From an uncultured Acidobacteriota bacterium (GTDB lineage: Bacteria > Actinomycetota > Acidimicrobiia > Spongiisociales > ZC4RG35), in assembly GCA_963828465.1 (NCBI GenBank), contig CAWHEU010000022.1:320001-384000 (forward strand): a stretch of 64,000 nucleotides of DNA, in the 5' to 3' direction. Below, piece after piece: positions 24,080 through 34,334 of the stretch. The notes under the pieces are model-generated. The model saw only the letters and a list, made by a program, of their open reading frames with translations. It was not told the origin of the DNA and did not search any database. Position 1 is the first letter of the stretch. Every line of letters begins with the position of its first letter. The translations under genes were made by a program, and so were the position numbers.

Positions 24080-24398
24080 GATGGCCGGCGCCCGGCTTCG
24101 CCCGATCGAGCGGGTCGTGATGAGGCTGCACGATGAAGGCTGCTCTCTGGCCGATATCGGCAAGAAGGTCGGGAAGAAACCCGGCACGGTCACCCGGATC
24201 ATGCGAATGACCGAGTACAAGCAGGATGATCTGCCGGACCAGACCGCCAGTGACCACACGCTGCGACCCGTAGAGCGTGTGGTGCTGAAGTTGCGCAACA
24301 AAGGCGAGACCTACAGCCAGATCGGCAACCGGCTGGCGCGCAGTGGCCGACGCATCCAGTTCATCGAGGGTCTCGCCGAGTTCAAGCAAAGCGGCTGA
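24072..24398 (+). CDS. Hypothetical protein with two tandem HTH-like repeats
   Basis: LRPIERVVMRLHDEGCSLADIG and LRPVERVVLKLRNKGETYSQIG internal duplication; overlaps the ferredoxin gene by 8 nt. Confidence 0.7.
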   Translation: MPEMAGARLRPIERVVMRLHDEGCSLADIGKKVGKKPGTVTRIMRMTEYKQDDLPDQTASDHTLRPVERVVLKLRNKGETYSQIGNRLARSGRRIQFIEGLAEFKQSG

Positions 24399-24431
24399 TC
24401 GGACCGAGGGTTTGCGGTTACCGTCTCTTCC

Positions 24432-25343
24432 GTGAGTGCTCTGCCCTCGCGGGTCGTCATCACCGAGTCATCCTCTCGTGACGGTCTCCAATCTCTGGGC
24501 GCATTCGTGCCCACCGCTGCCAAGTCGGGCCTGATCAACGATCTCGCCGATGCCGGGCTCCGCAATTTCGACGCAGTGTCCTTCGTGAGCCCCAAGGCGG
24601 TGCCCCAGATGGCAGATGGTGCGGATGTGCTGGCCGGTGTCGATCGTCGAGAGGGGTTGAGTCTGTTCGGGCTGGTGCCGAACGCAAAGGGACTCGGTGC
24701 GGCTGTGGCGGCCGGTGTGGACGGCATTGGCGTCCTCACCGCTGCATCCGACACCTTCAACGAGCGCAACATCAACGCCACGGTCGACGAATCCATGCAC
24801 CGAATTCGTTCGATTCTCCTCGATGCCCCCGAACATTTGGTGGTGAGGGGCTATATATCCACCGCCACGCATTGTCCTTACGAGGGGGAACAGGATCCCG
24901 ATTGGGTGGCCCATCTTGCCGAGACACTCGTGGAGTGGGGGGCTCACGCCGTCTTCCTCGGTGAGACCATCGGCAGGGCGACACCGGCCCACGTCGAGCG
25001 TCTGCTCGATGAGGTGCTGCAACGCGTGCCGGTCGAGATGGTGGGTGTTCATTTCCATGACACTTATGGGCAGGGCGTCGCCAATACCGTGGCCGCCCTT
25101 CACCGCGGCGTCGCCATGATGGATTCGTCGGCGGGCGGCCTGGGTGGGTGTCCCTACGCTCCCGGGGCGACGGGGAACGTGGCTACGGAGGACATTCTCT
25201 ATCTCCTCGACGGCCTCGGAATCGAACATGGCATCGACATCCTCGATGTAGCCCGGGTCGCCCAACGATTCTGTGCCGACCACAATCTGACCTACAACAG
25301 CGCCGCTGGGAAGGCGGTGTTGGCCTCCAGGGATGGGGAATGA
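24432..25343 (+). CDS. Hydroxymethylglutaryl-CoA lyase
   Basis: RDGLQ, SFVSPKAVPQMAD, HFHDTYGQG, GGLGGCPYAPGATGNVATED. Confidence 0.92.
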   Translation: MSALPSRVVITESSSRDGLQSLGAFVPTAAKSGLINDLADAGLRNFDAVSFVSPKAVPQMADGADVLAGVDRREGLSLFGLVPNAKGLGAAVAAGVDGIGVLTAASDTFNERNINATVDESMHRIRSILLDAPEHLVVRGYISTATHCPYEGEQDPDWVAHLAETLVEWGAHAVFLGETIGRATPAHVERLLDEVLQRVPVEMVGVHFHDTYGQGVANTVAALHRGVAMMDSSAGGLGGCPYAPGATGNVATEDILYLLDGLGIEHGIDILDVARVAQRFCADHNLTYNSAAGKAVLASRDGE

Positions 25344-26482
25344 CCAAGTCGATCTACATCAGTGATGATCTCGCGGCGATTCGCTCGCAGACCCGGGAAT
25401 ACGTCGAGAAGGAAATCGTGCCCCGAGCCGCCGCATGGGAGACCGGCGGCGTACCGCGCGACGTTCTCGACGACATGGCGAAACTCGGATTCTTTGGGCT
25501 GCGCGTGCCCGAGGAGCACGGCGGCATCGGACTCGGTGCGCTTGCATCAGTGCTGTTCGCCGAGGAGTTGGGCCGTTCGACATTTGGCGGATTCAGCATC
25601 ACGGTGCTTGTCCACACCGACCTCGCCATGCCGTATCTGACCAACTTCGGGAGCGAGGAGCAGAAGGCGCGTTGGCTGCCGGGAATGGTCACGGGTGAGG
25701 TGCTCACCGCCATTGCAGTGACCGAGCCCGACGCGGGCTCGGACGTTGCGGCCATGAGAACGACAGCGCAGAGGGAGGGCGACGGCTTCGTCATCAACGG
25801 CACCAAGATGTTCATCACCAACGGCGGGATCGCTGACCTGGTGTTCGTCGCCGCCAGGACCGACCCGGCCGCCAAGGGCTCTCGCGGCATCTCGATTTTC
25901 GCCGTGGAGAAGGACAGCCCTGGCTTCAAGGCCAGCCGAGCCCTGGAGAAGATGGGATGGCACTCGTCGGACACGGCCGAGCTCGTATTCGAGGATGTCT
26001 GGGTTCCGGAGTCCAATCTGGTCGGCGAGGAGAACCAGGGCTTCTACTACATCATGTCGAACTTCCAGAATGAACGGCTTGCCATCATGGGCCAGGGGCT
26101 GGGGGAGTCCCAGCGGGCGCTGGAGCTGACCATCGAGCATGTGAAACAACGGAGCGCATTTGGCAGCCCGTTGTGGGACAAGCAAGCGATCCGACAGCGG
26201 GTCGCCCTCCGGCAGGCCGAGATCGACGCAGGGCGGGAGCTCACCTATCACGCTGCCTGGCTCATCGACCAGGGTGAGGACGCCACCCGGCAGGTCTCGG
26301 AGGTGAAGGCGTACGTTGGGGAGATGGTCAACCGGGTCCTCTATGACTGCGTCCAGTTCCATGGCGGCATGGGTTTCATCGCCGAGACCGCCGTCGAGAG
26401 GCTCTATCGGGACGTAAGGATCGCCTCGATCGGCGGCGGCGCCACCGAGGTCATGCTCGACGAGATCGCCAAACGTCTCTAG
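25340..26482 (+). CDS. Acyl-CoA dehydrogenase
   Basis: AVTEPDAGSD, NGTKMFITNG, KMGWHSSDTAEL, VQFHGGMG, IGGGATEVM. Confidence 0.93.
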   Translation: MTKSIYISDDLAAIRSQTREYVEKEIVPRAAAWETGGVPRDVLDDMAKLGFFGLRVPEEHGGIGLGALASVLFAEELGRSTFGGFSITVLVHTDLAMPYLTNFGSEEQKARWLPGMVTGEVLTAIAVTEPDAGSDVAAMRTTAQREGDGFVINGTKMFITNGGIADLVFVAARTDPAAKGSRGISIFAVEKDSPGFKASRALEKMGWHSSDTAELVFEDVWVPESNLVGEENQGFYYIMSNFQNERLAIMGQGLGESQRALELTIEHVKQRSAFGSPLWDKQAIRQRVALRQAEIDAGRELTYHAAWLIDQGEDATRQVSEVKAYVGEMVNRVLYDCVQFHGGMGFIAETAVERLYRDVRIASIGGGATEVMLDEIAKRL

Positions 26483-26886
26483 CCGGCGGCCCGTTCCGCC
26501 GCTTCAGCCGCTTCCTTGTCCTCGAGGGGGTGCCAGGAGAGCTCCAGGGCCATCCACAGCGTCTTGGACAACGGATAGAAGAGAATCGGGAGGATGGCCA
26601 TGGTCCCCAGGGTCACCGCCGCCAGCGCTCCCCAGGGCACCTCGGGCCAGAAGACCAGCATCCCGCCGACGAAGAGGACGAGGAACGATCCAAACACCAC
26701 GGCCGTATTGATTACCAGTGCGCCAACCCAGTAACCCTCCTCACGCTCGAACCGGAGCCCACACTCCGCGCAGTGCTCACGAAGGGTGAAATAGGAGGAG
26801 AAGGCCTTGCCCCCGCACCTCGGGCAACGGCGTCGCGCTGCCCGGCCGATCATGGTGAGAGTCGATGCGCTCGGGTCTCGGCTCAC
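26479..26886 (-). CDS. DUF983-family membrane protein
   Basis: RCPRCGG...CAECGLRFEREEGYWVGA plus two TM helices; TAGCCT -10 box 7 nt before the GTG. Confidence 0.8.
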   Translation of the reverse strand: MSRDPSASTLTMIGRAARRRCPRCGGKAFSSYFTLREHCAECGLRFEREEGYWVGALVINTAVVFGSFLVLFVGGMLVFWPEVPWGALAAVTLGTMAILPILFYPLSKTLWMALELSWHPLEDKEAAEAAERAAG

Positions 26887-26910
26887 CCGCCTGAGGCTAT
26901 CGTCAGACGA

Positions 26911-27555
26911 GTGATCGAGGACCAGGTGGCTCAGCTTCGCCGCGAGTACGAGGCGATCGGTCTGAGCGAGGGCGACATGGCCCCCGACCCGATCACCCAG
27001 TTCAAATCGTGGTTCGACGGAGTCATCGAGGCAGGTCTGGAAGAGCCGAACGCCTTCGTCCTGGCCACTGCCGACGCCAAAGGGGTGCCGTCGGCAAGGG
27101 CAGTCCTGATGAAGGGAATCGACGACGAGGGGTTGGTGTTCTACACGAATCTGGCCAGTCGAAAGAGCGAAGAGTTGCGGGTGAACCCGCTCGCGGCGGC
27201 GACGTTCGTGTGGATCCCGCTGCATCGCCAGGTCAGGTTCGAGGGAAGGATTTCGATGGTCGCCGGAGAAGAGGCAGATAGATACTTCGATGCCAGGCCC
27301 AGGGGAGCCCAGATCGCGGCTCATGCATCGGCACAGAGCCAGATCGTGGCGTCCCGTGACGAGCTCGAACAGGCTTTTGAAGAGCTCGACGCCAGATTCA
27401 AAGGGGTGAAGGTGCCCCGGCCCAGGGCATGGGGTGGCTGGAGGCTGGCGCCGGAAACGGTCGAGTTCTGGCAGGGGCAGCCCAACCGGTTTCACGACCG
27501 TGTTCGTTATGTCCGGGACGGCGCCGGGTGGCGCAAAGAGAGGTTGGCACCGTGA
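26911..27555 (+). CDS. pdxH: Pyridoxamine 5'-phosphate oxidase
   Basis: LRREY, PSARAVLMK, FYTN..SRK, RQVRFEG, EFWQGQPNRFHDR. Confidence 0.95.
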   Translation: MIEDQVAQLRREYEAIGLSEGDMAPDPITQFKSWFDGVIEAGLEEPNAFVLATADAKGVPSARAVLMKGIDDEGLVFYTNLASRKSEELRVNPLAAATFVWIPLHRQVRFEGRISMVAGEEADRYFDARPRGAQIAAHASAQSQIVASRDELEQAFEELDARFKGVKVPRPRAWGGWRLAPETVEFWQGQPNRFHDRVRYVRDGAGWRKERLAP

Positions 27556-28292
27556 AGGTCAATGTCGTTGGGTCGTCGGGGACCTTTCCCGTGGCCGGTC
27601 GCCCCGCTTCGGGGTACATGGTGGAGCAGGCGGGGACAAGGGTCTGGCTGGATGCCGGGCCGGGCACATTCGTGAATCTGCCAGTCGATTCCTACATGAT
27701 CGATGCCGTCGTGATCTCGCATCAGCACCCGGATCACAGTGTGGACATCTTCACCGCATTCCATGCCTGGACCTATTGCCCGGATCCGAGAAAGGGCGTC
27801 CCGTTGTACGCCCCCCAGGAGGTGTGGGATCGAGTATCGGGCTACCTGGACGGTGGCCAGGGCTCGCGGCTGACCGAGACGTTCGAATTCACGCCGGTCT
27901 GGACGGGCGACCGCATCGACATCGGTGACATCTCCGTTTCGTTCGTCGAGATGGATCACTCGGTGCCCACCGTGGGATCCCGATGGGAAGCGGAGAACCG
28001 CACGTTTTTCTACACGGGAGACACCGGGCCGAAGGGGAACTGGCGCGATTCGGCGCGTGACGTCGACTTCATGCTGTGCGAAGCGGCGTATCAGGAGCGG
28101 GGCGACGGCGACTACCCGCATCATCTGACTGCCACCGAGGCGGGTCAGATCGCCCGCGAGGTTGGAGCACGCAACCTGGCGCTGACCCATATACCCCCGT
28201 ATCTCGATGTGAGCCGGTCGATCGACGAGGCCGAGACGGCCTTCGACAGACCGGTCTCGCTGGCCATGCCTGGTGTGAGTTTCGATGTCTGA
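27552..28292 (+). CDS. MBL-fold metallo-hydrolase (RNase Z/cAMP phosphodiesterase-like)
   Basis: SHQHPDH, YTGDTG, HLT, LTHIPP; usual gene upstream of rph in actinobacteria. Confidence 0.88.
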   Translation: MKVNVVGSSGTFPVAGRPASGYMVEQAGTRVWLDAGPGTFVNLPVDSYMIDAVVISHQHPDHSVDIFTAFHAWTYCPDPRKGVPLYAPQEVWDRVSGYLDGGQGSRLTETFEFTPVWTGDRIDIGDISVSFVEMDHSVPTVGSRWEAENRTFFYTGDTGPKGNWRDSARDVDFMLCEAAYQERGDGDYPHHLTATEAGQIAREVGARNLALTHIPPYLDVSRSIDEAETAFDRPVSLAMPGVSFDV

Positions 28293-28990
28293 TCGTCCCT
28301 TCGATCAGCTCAGAGATGTCAAGCTCGAGATCCCTTACACCTCATCCACTCCCGGTTCGGTCCTGATATCGATGGGAAGGACCAGAGTTCTATGCACGGC
28401 ATCGGTCCAGTCTGACGTGCCGCGATGGATGAGGGAGTCGGGCAAGGGATGGATCACCGCCGAGTACGCGATGCTGCCGGGATCCTCGCCGGAGAGAGTG
28501 CGGCGTGACCATGTCTCGGGTGGTCGAGCCAAGGAGATCTCCCGGCTCATCGGCCGGTCGTTGCGGGCGGTGGTCGACCTCAAGGCCATGGGCGAGGACG
28601 ATGGCGATGGTCGACTGTGATGTGATCGAGGCGGACGGCGGGACCAGGACCGCTGCGGTCACCGGCGCCTGGATAGCGCTCCATGAGGCGCTGGCGGACG
28701 CGGTCGACAAGGGTCAATTGCCTTCGATACCAATCCTCGACGAGGTGGCGGCCGTATCGGTTGGCATCGTTGAAGGCACGCCGATGTTGGACCTCGACTA
28801 CGAGAAGGATGTCGCGGCCGAGGTCGACATGAATGTGGTCATGAGCGGACGGGGTCTCCTGGTCGAAGTGCAGGGAACGGCCGAGCGCGCACCTTTCACG
28901 AGAGACGAGCTCGACCAGCTTCTCGATCTGGCCGCTTCCGGGATATCCGAGCTCCACGATCTGCAGCGCCGAGCGGTGGCCGCCGAGTGA
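28285..28990 (+). CDS. rph: Ribonuclease PH (apparent +1 frameshift near 28596)
   Basis: [36 protein letters not shown], then [27 protein letters not shown] in the next frame. Confidence 0.9.
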
Positions 28991-29568
28991 TCCCTCGTTT
29001 GGTCGTCGCCTCGAAGAACCCCGACAAGATCGCGGAAATAGAGGATGTGCTGAGGGAGGTGGGTCTTGCCGGTGAGATCGTCCGGGGCCTCGACTGGCCG
29101 GATGTCGAGGAGACAGGAGACACGCTCGAGGACAACGCCCTTCTGAAGGCGCGTGCTGTGGCGGAAGCCGTGGGGCTTCCCGCCTTGGCTGACGACACCG
29201 GCCTGGAGGTGGATTCCCTCGGCGGTCTCCCCGGGGTGAGGACGGCGCGATTCGCCGGACCGGGAGCGTCCTACCGGGACAATGTCGAGCTCCTGTTGGA
29301 GACGTTGGATGGAGTGGATGATCGACGGGCCCAGTTCCGGACAGCTGTGGCCCTGGTCATGCCTGACGGGTCTGAGATCGTGGTCGACGGTGCGCTCGAT
29401 GGGGTGATCACCGAAACCCCCAGGGGCGACGGCGGGTTCGGCTACGACCCCGTGTTCGAGGTCGAGGATCGGACATTGTCAGAGATGGGAGTGGCCCAGA
29501 AGAACACCCTGTCTCATCGGGCCCGGGCACTGCGAGCGTTGGCGGAGGCGCTCGGGATCGAGCGGTGA
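28987..29568 (+). CDS. rdgB: Non-canonical purine NTP pyrophosphatase (RdgB/HAM1)
   Basis: [39 protein letters not shown]. Confidence 0.94.
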   Translation: MIPRLVVASKNPDKIAEIEDVLREVGLAGEIVRGLDWPDVEETGDTLEDNALLKARAVAEAVGLPALADDTGLEVDSLGGLPGVRTARFAGPGASYRDNVELLLETLDGVDDRRAQFRTAVALVMPDGSEIVVDGALDGVITETPRGDGGFGYDPVFEVEDRTLSEMGVAQKNTLSHRARALRALAEALGIER

Positions 29569-30825
29569 CGGAAGGGCCTCTCCGCGTCGTCATCGTCGGT
29601 GCTGGTTTTGCGGGTCTCAATGCTGCCAAGGCGCTGCGCCAGGAACCGGTTCACATCACGATCGTCGATCGGCGGAACTTCCATCTCTTCCAGCCGCTTC
29701 TCTATCAGGTGGCGGCGGCGGCGCTGAATCCGAGCGACATCGCCTATCCGATTCGCTCGATCTTCCGCCGACAGGAGAACGTCAGGAGCGTCCTCCTCGC
29801 CGAGGTCACGGGGATCGACCTCTCGGATAAGACCGTGAGCCTGGACGATGCCTCGGTCCTGCCCTACGACTATCTGATCCTCGCTACCGGGGCGACCCAT
29901 TCCTACTTCGGTCACGACGACTGGGAACAGATGGCACCCGGGCTGAAGACCCTCGAGGACGCGCTGCTTCTGCGGCAGCAGGATCCTGGCCGCTTTCGAA
30001 GAGGCAGAGCGCAACCCGGACGATGCCGATCGCCTGCTCACATTCGTCGTGGTCGGTGGCGGGCCGACCGGGGTGGAGTTGGCGGGGGCACTGATCGAGA
30101 TCGCAGTCCACTCACTGGGGAAGGAATTCGACGTGATCGACCCGACCCGGGCACGCGTTCTTCTGGTGGAGGGAGCGCCGCATGTGCTGCCCGTCTATCC
30201 GGAGGACCTTTCGGACAGCGCCCGACGTCAGTTGGAGACCCTCGGCGTGGAGGTGCTGACGGGAACCATGGTCAGCGAGATCGACGAAGGGGGAGTCACC
30301 CTCAGTGACGGCCGACGGATCGAGTCGGGACTGGTGCTGTGGGCCGCCGGTGTCCAGGCATCGAAGCTTGGGGACATGCTCGGGGTGGAGACGGACAGAA
30401 CCGGTCGGGTGCCGGTCGAGGGCGATATGTCGGTCCCGGGGCACCGAGAGGTGTTCGTCGTCGGTGACCTCGCCACGGTTCCAGGTGTCCCTGGTGTCGC
30501 CCCAGCGGCGATGCAGATGGGCCGGCACGCCGGTCGCATGATCGAGGCCGACCTTCGGATGCGATCGAGGTTCCCATTCCACTATCGGAACAAAGGCGCC
30601 CTCGCCACCATCGGGCGGGCGAGGGCGGTGGCGGATTTCGGTCAGGTCAGGTTCGGCGGTTTCCTGGCTTGGCTGGCGTGGCTGGCCATCCACATCTTCT
30701 ATCTGATCGGCTTCCGCAACCGGGTCCTCGTGCTGATCTCGTGGGCCTGGAGCTATCTCACCTTCCGCCGCGGAGCGCGGATCATCACCGGAGTGCCACG
30801 ACTGCCGGAAAAGGGCGAGCCGTGA
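29565..30825 (+). CDS. ndh: Type II NADH dehydrogenase (apparent +1 frameshift near 29981)
   Basis: GAGFAG, FQPLLYQVA, YDYLILATGA, then GGGPTGVELAG, WAAGV, KGALATIGR, HIFYLIGFRNR. Confidence 0.88.
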
Positions 30826-30913
30826 TGGTGCGGGTGAGAGGATTTGAACCTCCACGACCTTTCGGTCACAGGGACCTAAACCCTGCGCGTCTGCCAAGTT
30901 TCGCCACACCCGC
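30826..30913 (-). tRNA. tRNA-Leu(TAG)
   Basis: GCGGGTG...CAGGG-TTTAGGT-CCCTG, long variable arm, GGTTCAAATCC, ends CACCCGCACCA. Confidence 0.95.
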
Positions 30914-30938
30914 GTGTGGTGGAACATTGTCCCATGAC

Positions 30939-30967
30939 ACAAGCCCTCGGTCTGACCGAGGGCTTGT
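30939..30967 (-). terminator. Hairpin downstream of tRNA-Lys
   Basis: ACAAGCCCTCGGT-CTG-ACCGAGGGCTTGT. Confidence 0.6.
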
Positions 30968-30969
30968 TG

Positions 30970-31043
30970 TAGGCCGCGTGGGACTCGAACCCACAACACC
31001 CGAGTTAAGAGCCCGGTGCTCTAGCCAATTGAGCTAGCGGCCC
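30970..31043 (-). tRNA. tRNA-Lys(CTT)
   Basis: GGGCCGCTAGCTCAATTGG...CCGGG-CTCTTAA-CTCGG...GGTTCGAGTCC. Confidence 0.95.
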
Positions 31044-31054
31044 GCGCTGGAAGG

Positions 31055-31771
31055 TTAATACCGGTAGTCGGGAAGGCTCAGACGGTCTGCTACGACCTCG
31101 ATCCAAACGATCGTTCGCTGCCATGCATCGGAGCACCGCCGCATCTTGACGGTGCAAACACCGTGTCGGAGATGGTTTTTTCGGTGCCCGGTGCCTTTCG
31201 GCTTGATGAAGGTCTTGTGGAAGTTGGCATTGTTCAGACCAGTCTCTGCGCGCCAATAGGACCTCGCTGCGCCTTCATCATTGCCCTCGTGCAGATGGAG
31301 TTGGAGCGAGAAGTCGGCAGCGGGATCCAGATAGGTCCGGATCCAGTAAATGAACAGACGCAGGGCGCGGGGATCGGCGTTCGCCAGCGTGAGATGATTT
31401 CGGGTCTTCGCACCTTCGGCCCAATAGAGGACAGCACCTGCAACCCAGAGAGGGTCTGTCATGAGGTCAGGAGTCTGAGAAAGTGCAGCGACACGCACGA
31501 GCGAGATCTCGGTGCGTCGTTTCCTGTTCGTATCCCGCGGTATGCCCTCCCGCGACCCGGACCGCGCCCGGATCGCTTGCATCTTTTCCTCCGACAACCT
31601 CACATCGCGACACCAAGTCGCAAGGGTCGATTTTGGCACCGGGATCAGGTCCATGATCTCGCCATAGGAGAGCCCGAGACGCCGTAGGTCCTTCCCCAGC
31701 TCGGACCGCTCCCATCTCGACAGTCCGTCCCACCCCTCGATCCGGGCCCGAAATTGGATCCCCAGCTCCAT
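31055..31771 (-). CDS. HTH plus LAGLIDADG-like putative endonuclease/DNA-binding protein
   Basis: GLSYGEIMDLIPVPKSTLATWCRD (HTH); VAGAVLYWAEG (LAGLIDADG-like helix); ANADPRALRLF; HGVCTV; TATGGT -10 box 6 nt before the ATG. Confidence 0.65.
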   Translation of the reverse strand: MELGIQFRARIEGWDGLSRWERSELGKDLRRLGLSYGEIMDLIPVPKSTLATWCRDVRLSEEKMQAIRARSGSREGIPRDTNRKRRTEISLVRVAALSQTPDLMTDPLWVAGAVLYWAEGAKTRNHLTLANADPRALRLFIYWIRTYLDPAADFSLQLHLHEGNDEGAARSYWRAETGLNNANFHKTFIKPKGTGHRKNHLRHGVCTVKMRRCSDAWQRTIVWIEVVADRLSLPDYRY

Positions 31772-31831
31772 AGTTCGACCATATGAGTGAGGTGGGACAG
31801 GAATCGGGACGCAAGTACGCTGACCCGATCA

Positions 31832-31905
31832 CGGGCTGTGGCGCAGCTTGGTAGCGCGCTTGCTTTGGGAGCAAGAGGCCGTCGGTTCGAATCCGACCAG
31901 CCCGA
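31832..31905 (+). tRNA. tRNA-Pro(TGG)
   Basis: CGGGCTGTGGCGCAGCTTGGTAGC...CTTGC-TTTGGGA-GCAAG...GGTTCGAATCC. Confidence 0.95.
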
Positions 31906-31929
31906 CCGGGGCTTTACAATGACGTGTCC

Positions 31930-32002
<73 letters not shown>

Positions 32003-32037
32003 GAATGGGTCGCCCTCGGGGACAGACCTAAGCCCTC

Positions 32038-32111
32038 GCCCCTGTAGCTCAATTGGATAGAGCGGCGGACTTCTAATCCGCAGGTTGGGGGTTCGAGTCC
32101 TCCCGGGGGCG
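32038..32111 (+). tRNA. tRNA-Arg(TCT)
   Basis: GCCCCTGTAGCTCAATTGGATAGAGC...GCGGA-CTTCTAA-TCCGC...GGTTCGAGTCC. Confidence 0.95.
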
Positions 32112-32136
32112 CGAAGGTAAGACCCATTCGATACAT

Positions 32137-32215
32137 GGTGGCCGTAGCTCAGCCCGGTTAGAGCACCTGGTTGTGGTCCAGGAAGTCGCGGGTTCGAATC
32201 CCGTCGGTCACCCCA
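32137..32215 (+). tRNA. tRNA-His(GTG) with encoded G-1 and CCA
   Basis: GGTGGCCGTAGCTCAG...CCTGG-TTGTGGT-CCAGG...GGTTCGAATCC...GGTCACCCCA. Confidence 0.95.
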
Positions 32216-32218
32216 GGG

Positions 32219-32245
32219 GAAGGGCGCAGGGATGCGCCCTTCTTC
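32219..32245 (+). terminator. Hairpin between the tRNA cluster and tig
   Basis: GAAGGGCGCA-GGGA-TGCGCCCTTC followed by TTC. Confidence 0.55.
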
Positions 32246-32264
32246 ATGACAACCAGGAAGACGA

Positions 32265-33698
32265 ATGACAACAACAGTCACAGAGACAGGCCCGTTCGAG
32301 CGTCTGGTCACCTTTCAACTAACCGACGACCAGATCACCGCCGGCAAGGCTGCGACCGCTCGGAAGCTGTCCCAGGACATGAAGCTGAAGGGCTTCCGGC
32401 CGGGCAAAGCGCCGTTGCCCGTGATCGAAGCGGCAGTAGGCCCAGCCCGATTGCGAAGCGAAGTGATAGATGACCTCGTTCCGCCGGCGCTGAGCGAGAT
32501 CCTCAACGACGAGGAGTTGCGCCCGGCTGTTACTCCCCAACTCGAAGCACTGAACGACGTCGATGGCGGAGTCGAGGTCGAGGTCAAGGTGACCTTGTGG
32601 CCCGAAATCGACCTACCCAAATATCGGGACCGCGAGGTCGAAGTGACGTCACCCGTGGTCACACCCGAAGAGCTCGACACCCAGGTCGAGCGCATGCTCG
32701 AGCAGTTCGCCACCGTGGAGGAGGCAAACCGGCCTGCGGCGTCCGGTGATTTCGTCTCCGTAGACGTCAAGGCAACCAAGGATGGCGACTCGGTAGATGG
32801 GGCTAACGCCGCAGATCTCCTCTATGAGGTCGGCTCTGGTCTGTTCGTCGAGGGAATCGATGAGCTCCTCGAAGGTGCCGAGCCGGGGACGGTGCTCAAC
32901 TTCGAGGCTCCGTTGCCTGTCGGTTTCGGCGACCGTGCCGGGGAGCAGGTCGGTTTCGAGGTGATCGTCAACGAGGTGAAGGAGCGGATCCTCCCCGAGC
33001 TCGATGATGCATGGGTCGACGAGAACACCGAGTTCGAGACAGTCGAGGAGCTGAAGGCAGAGCTGGGGGAGCGGCTCGCCGAGGCAAAGTTGCAGTCTGT
33101 CTCACGTCAATACGCCGAGAGAGCGCTCAGCACTCTCGTCGATCAGGTGGATATCCAGCTGCCGGAGGGATTGGTCCGGTCGGAGATGGACGACCACCTT
33201 CATCGGTTCGTCCATCGTCTAGAGGACAGCGAGCTGACCCTCGACGACTACTTCCAGGCTTCGGGAATCGATCAGGAACAGTTCCTCGACGACCTCCGCC
33301 AACAGGCAGAGATGTCCATACGGAACCAGCTGATTCTCGAAGCTGTAGCCAAGGATGCGGGGATCGATGTCACTCCTGAGGATGTCTCGGCGGTGATCCA
33401 GAACGCGGCGGCTCGTTCCGGCGACCCGGTCGCCTATCTGCAGGCCTTCCGCCAAAGCGGCCGGGAATTGGCGGTGGCCGGTGATATTCTCAGAAACAGG
33501 GCGTTGGACGCCATCCTCTCGGCAGCGAATCCGGTCGACGAAGACGGCAACCCGATCGATTTGAAAATGAATGTGACGGAAGTCGAGGCCGAGATCGTCG
33601 AGGCTGAGATCGTCGAGGCCGAGCCGGTCGGGGACATCCCGCCGGGCGAGGTTCCAATCGGCGAAGTGGTTGCGACAGCGGCGGAGGAAGAAGAATGA
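32265..33698 (+). CDS. tig: Trigger factor
   Basis: KGFRPGKAP ribosome-binding motif, FKBP-like domain, tig-clpP-clpX synteny. Confidence 0.95.
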   Translation: MTTTVTETGPFERLVTFQLTDDQITAGKAATARKLSQDMKLKGFRPGKAPLPVIEAAVGPARLRSEVIDDLVPPALSEILNDEELRPAVTPQLEALNDVDGGVEVEVKVTLWPEIDLPKYRDREVEVTSPVVTPEELDTQVERMLEQFATVEEANRPAASGDFVSVDVKATKDGDSVDGANAADLLYEVGSGLFVEGIDELLEGAEPGTVLNFEAPLPVGFGDRAGEQVGFEVIVNEVKERILPELDDAWVDENTEFETVEELKAELGERLAEAKLQSVSRQYAERALSTLVDQVDIQLPEGLVRSEMDDHLHRFVHRLEDSELTLDDYFQASGIDQEQFLDDLRQQAEMSIRNQLILEAVAKDAGIDVTPEDVSAVIQNAAARSGDPVAYLQAFRQSGRELAVAGDILRNRALDAILSAANPVDEDGNPIDLKMNVTEVEAEIVEAEIVEAEPVGDIPPGEVPIGEVVATAAEEEE

Positions 33699-34318
33699 AC
33701 GACCAGTTCCAGAACTATGTGATCCCCACAGTCTTCGAACAGACGAGTCGGGGCGAGCGCTACTTCGACATCTACAGCCGGCTCCTCAAGGACCGGATCA
33801 TCTTCCTTGGGACGCCGATCGACGACACCATCGCCAATTTGATCATGGCCCAGCTCCTCCACCTCGAGTCAGAGGACCCAGACAAGGACATCTTCCTCTA
33901 CATCAACTCCCCGGGAGGTTCGATCACCTCCTTGTTCGCCATCTACGACACCATGCAGTACATCAAGCCTGAGGTGAACACGGTGTGCATGGGCATGGCC
34001 GCCTCGGCGGCTGCGGTCATCCTCGCCGGTGGGGCGGTGGGCAAGCGCTACGCCCTGCCCCACGCCCGAGTCATGCTTCACCAGCCGCACGGTGGCGCCC
34101 AGGGCCAGGCCTCAGACATCGAAATCCAGGCCCGGCTCATAGTGCAGATGCGAGAGTCGCTGAACCAGATCCTTGCCGAGCACACCGGCCAGGAGCTGGA
34201 GAAGATCGCGACGGACACAGAGCGTGACTACTGGATGCTGGCCGCCGAGGCCAAGGACTACGGGGTCATCGACGGAATTCTCACCCGTCGGGAGCTTGCG
34301 GCGGTAGCCTCCACCTGA
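33695..34318 (+). CDS. clpP: ATP-dependent Clp protease proteolytic subunit
   Basis: [34 protein letters not shown]. Confidence 0.97.
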   Translation: MNDQFQNYVIPTVFEQTSRGERYFDIYSRLLKDRIIFLGTPIDDTIANLIMAQLLHLESEDPDKDIFLYINSPGGSITSLFAIYDTMQYIKPEVNTVCMGMAASAAAVILAGGAVGKRYALPHARVMLHQPHGGAQGQASDIEIQARLIVQMRESLNQILAEHTGQELEKIATDTERDYWMLAAEAKDYGVIDGILTRRELAAVAST

Positions 34319-34334
34319 GGAGGTTCAAAACTCG

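Noticed and set aside
21297-24400. Genomic island integrated at tmRNA
   Set aside because: No integrase and no duplicated tmRNA 3' end seen; composition looks like the flanks.
33580-33620. Short EAEIV repeat at the end of tig
   Set aside because: Low-complexity acidic tail of a kind common in trigger factors.
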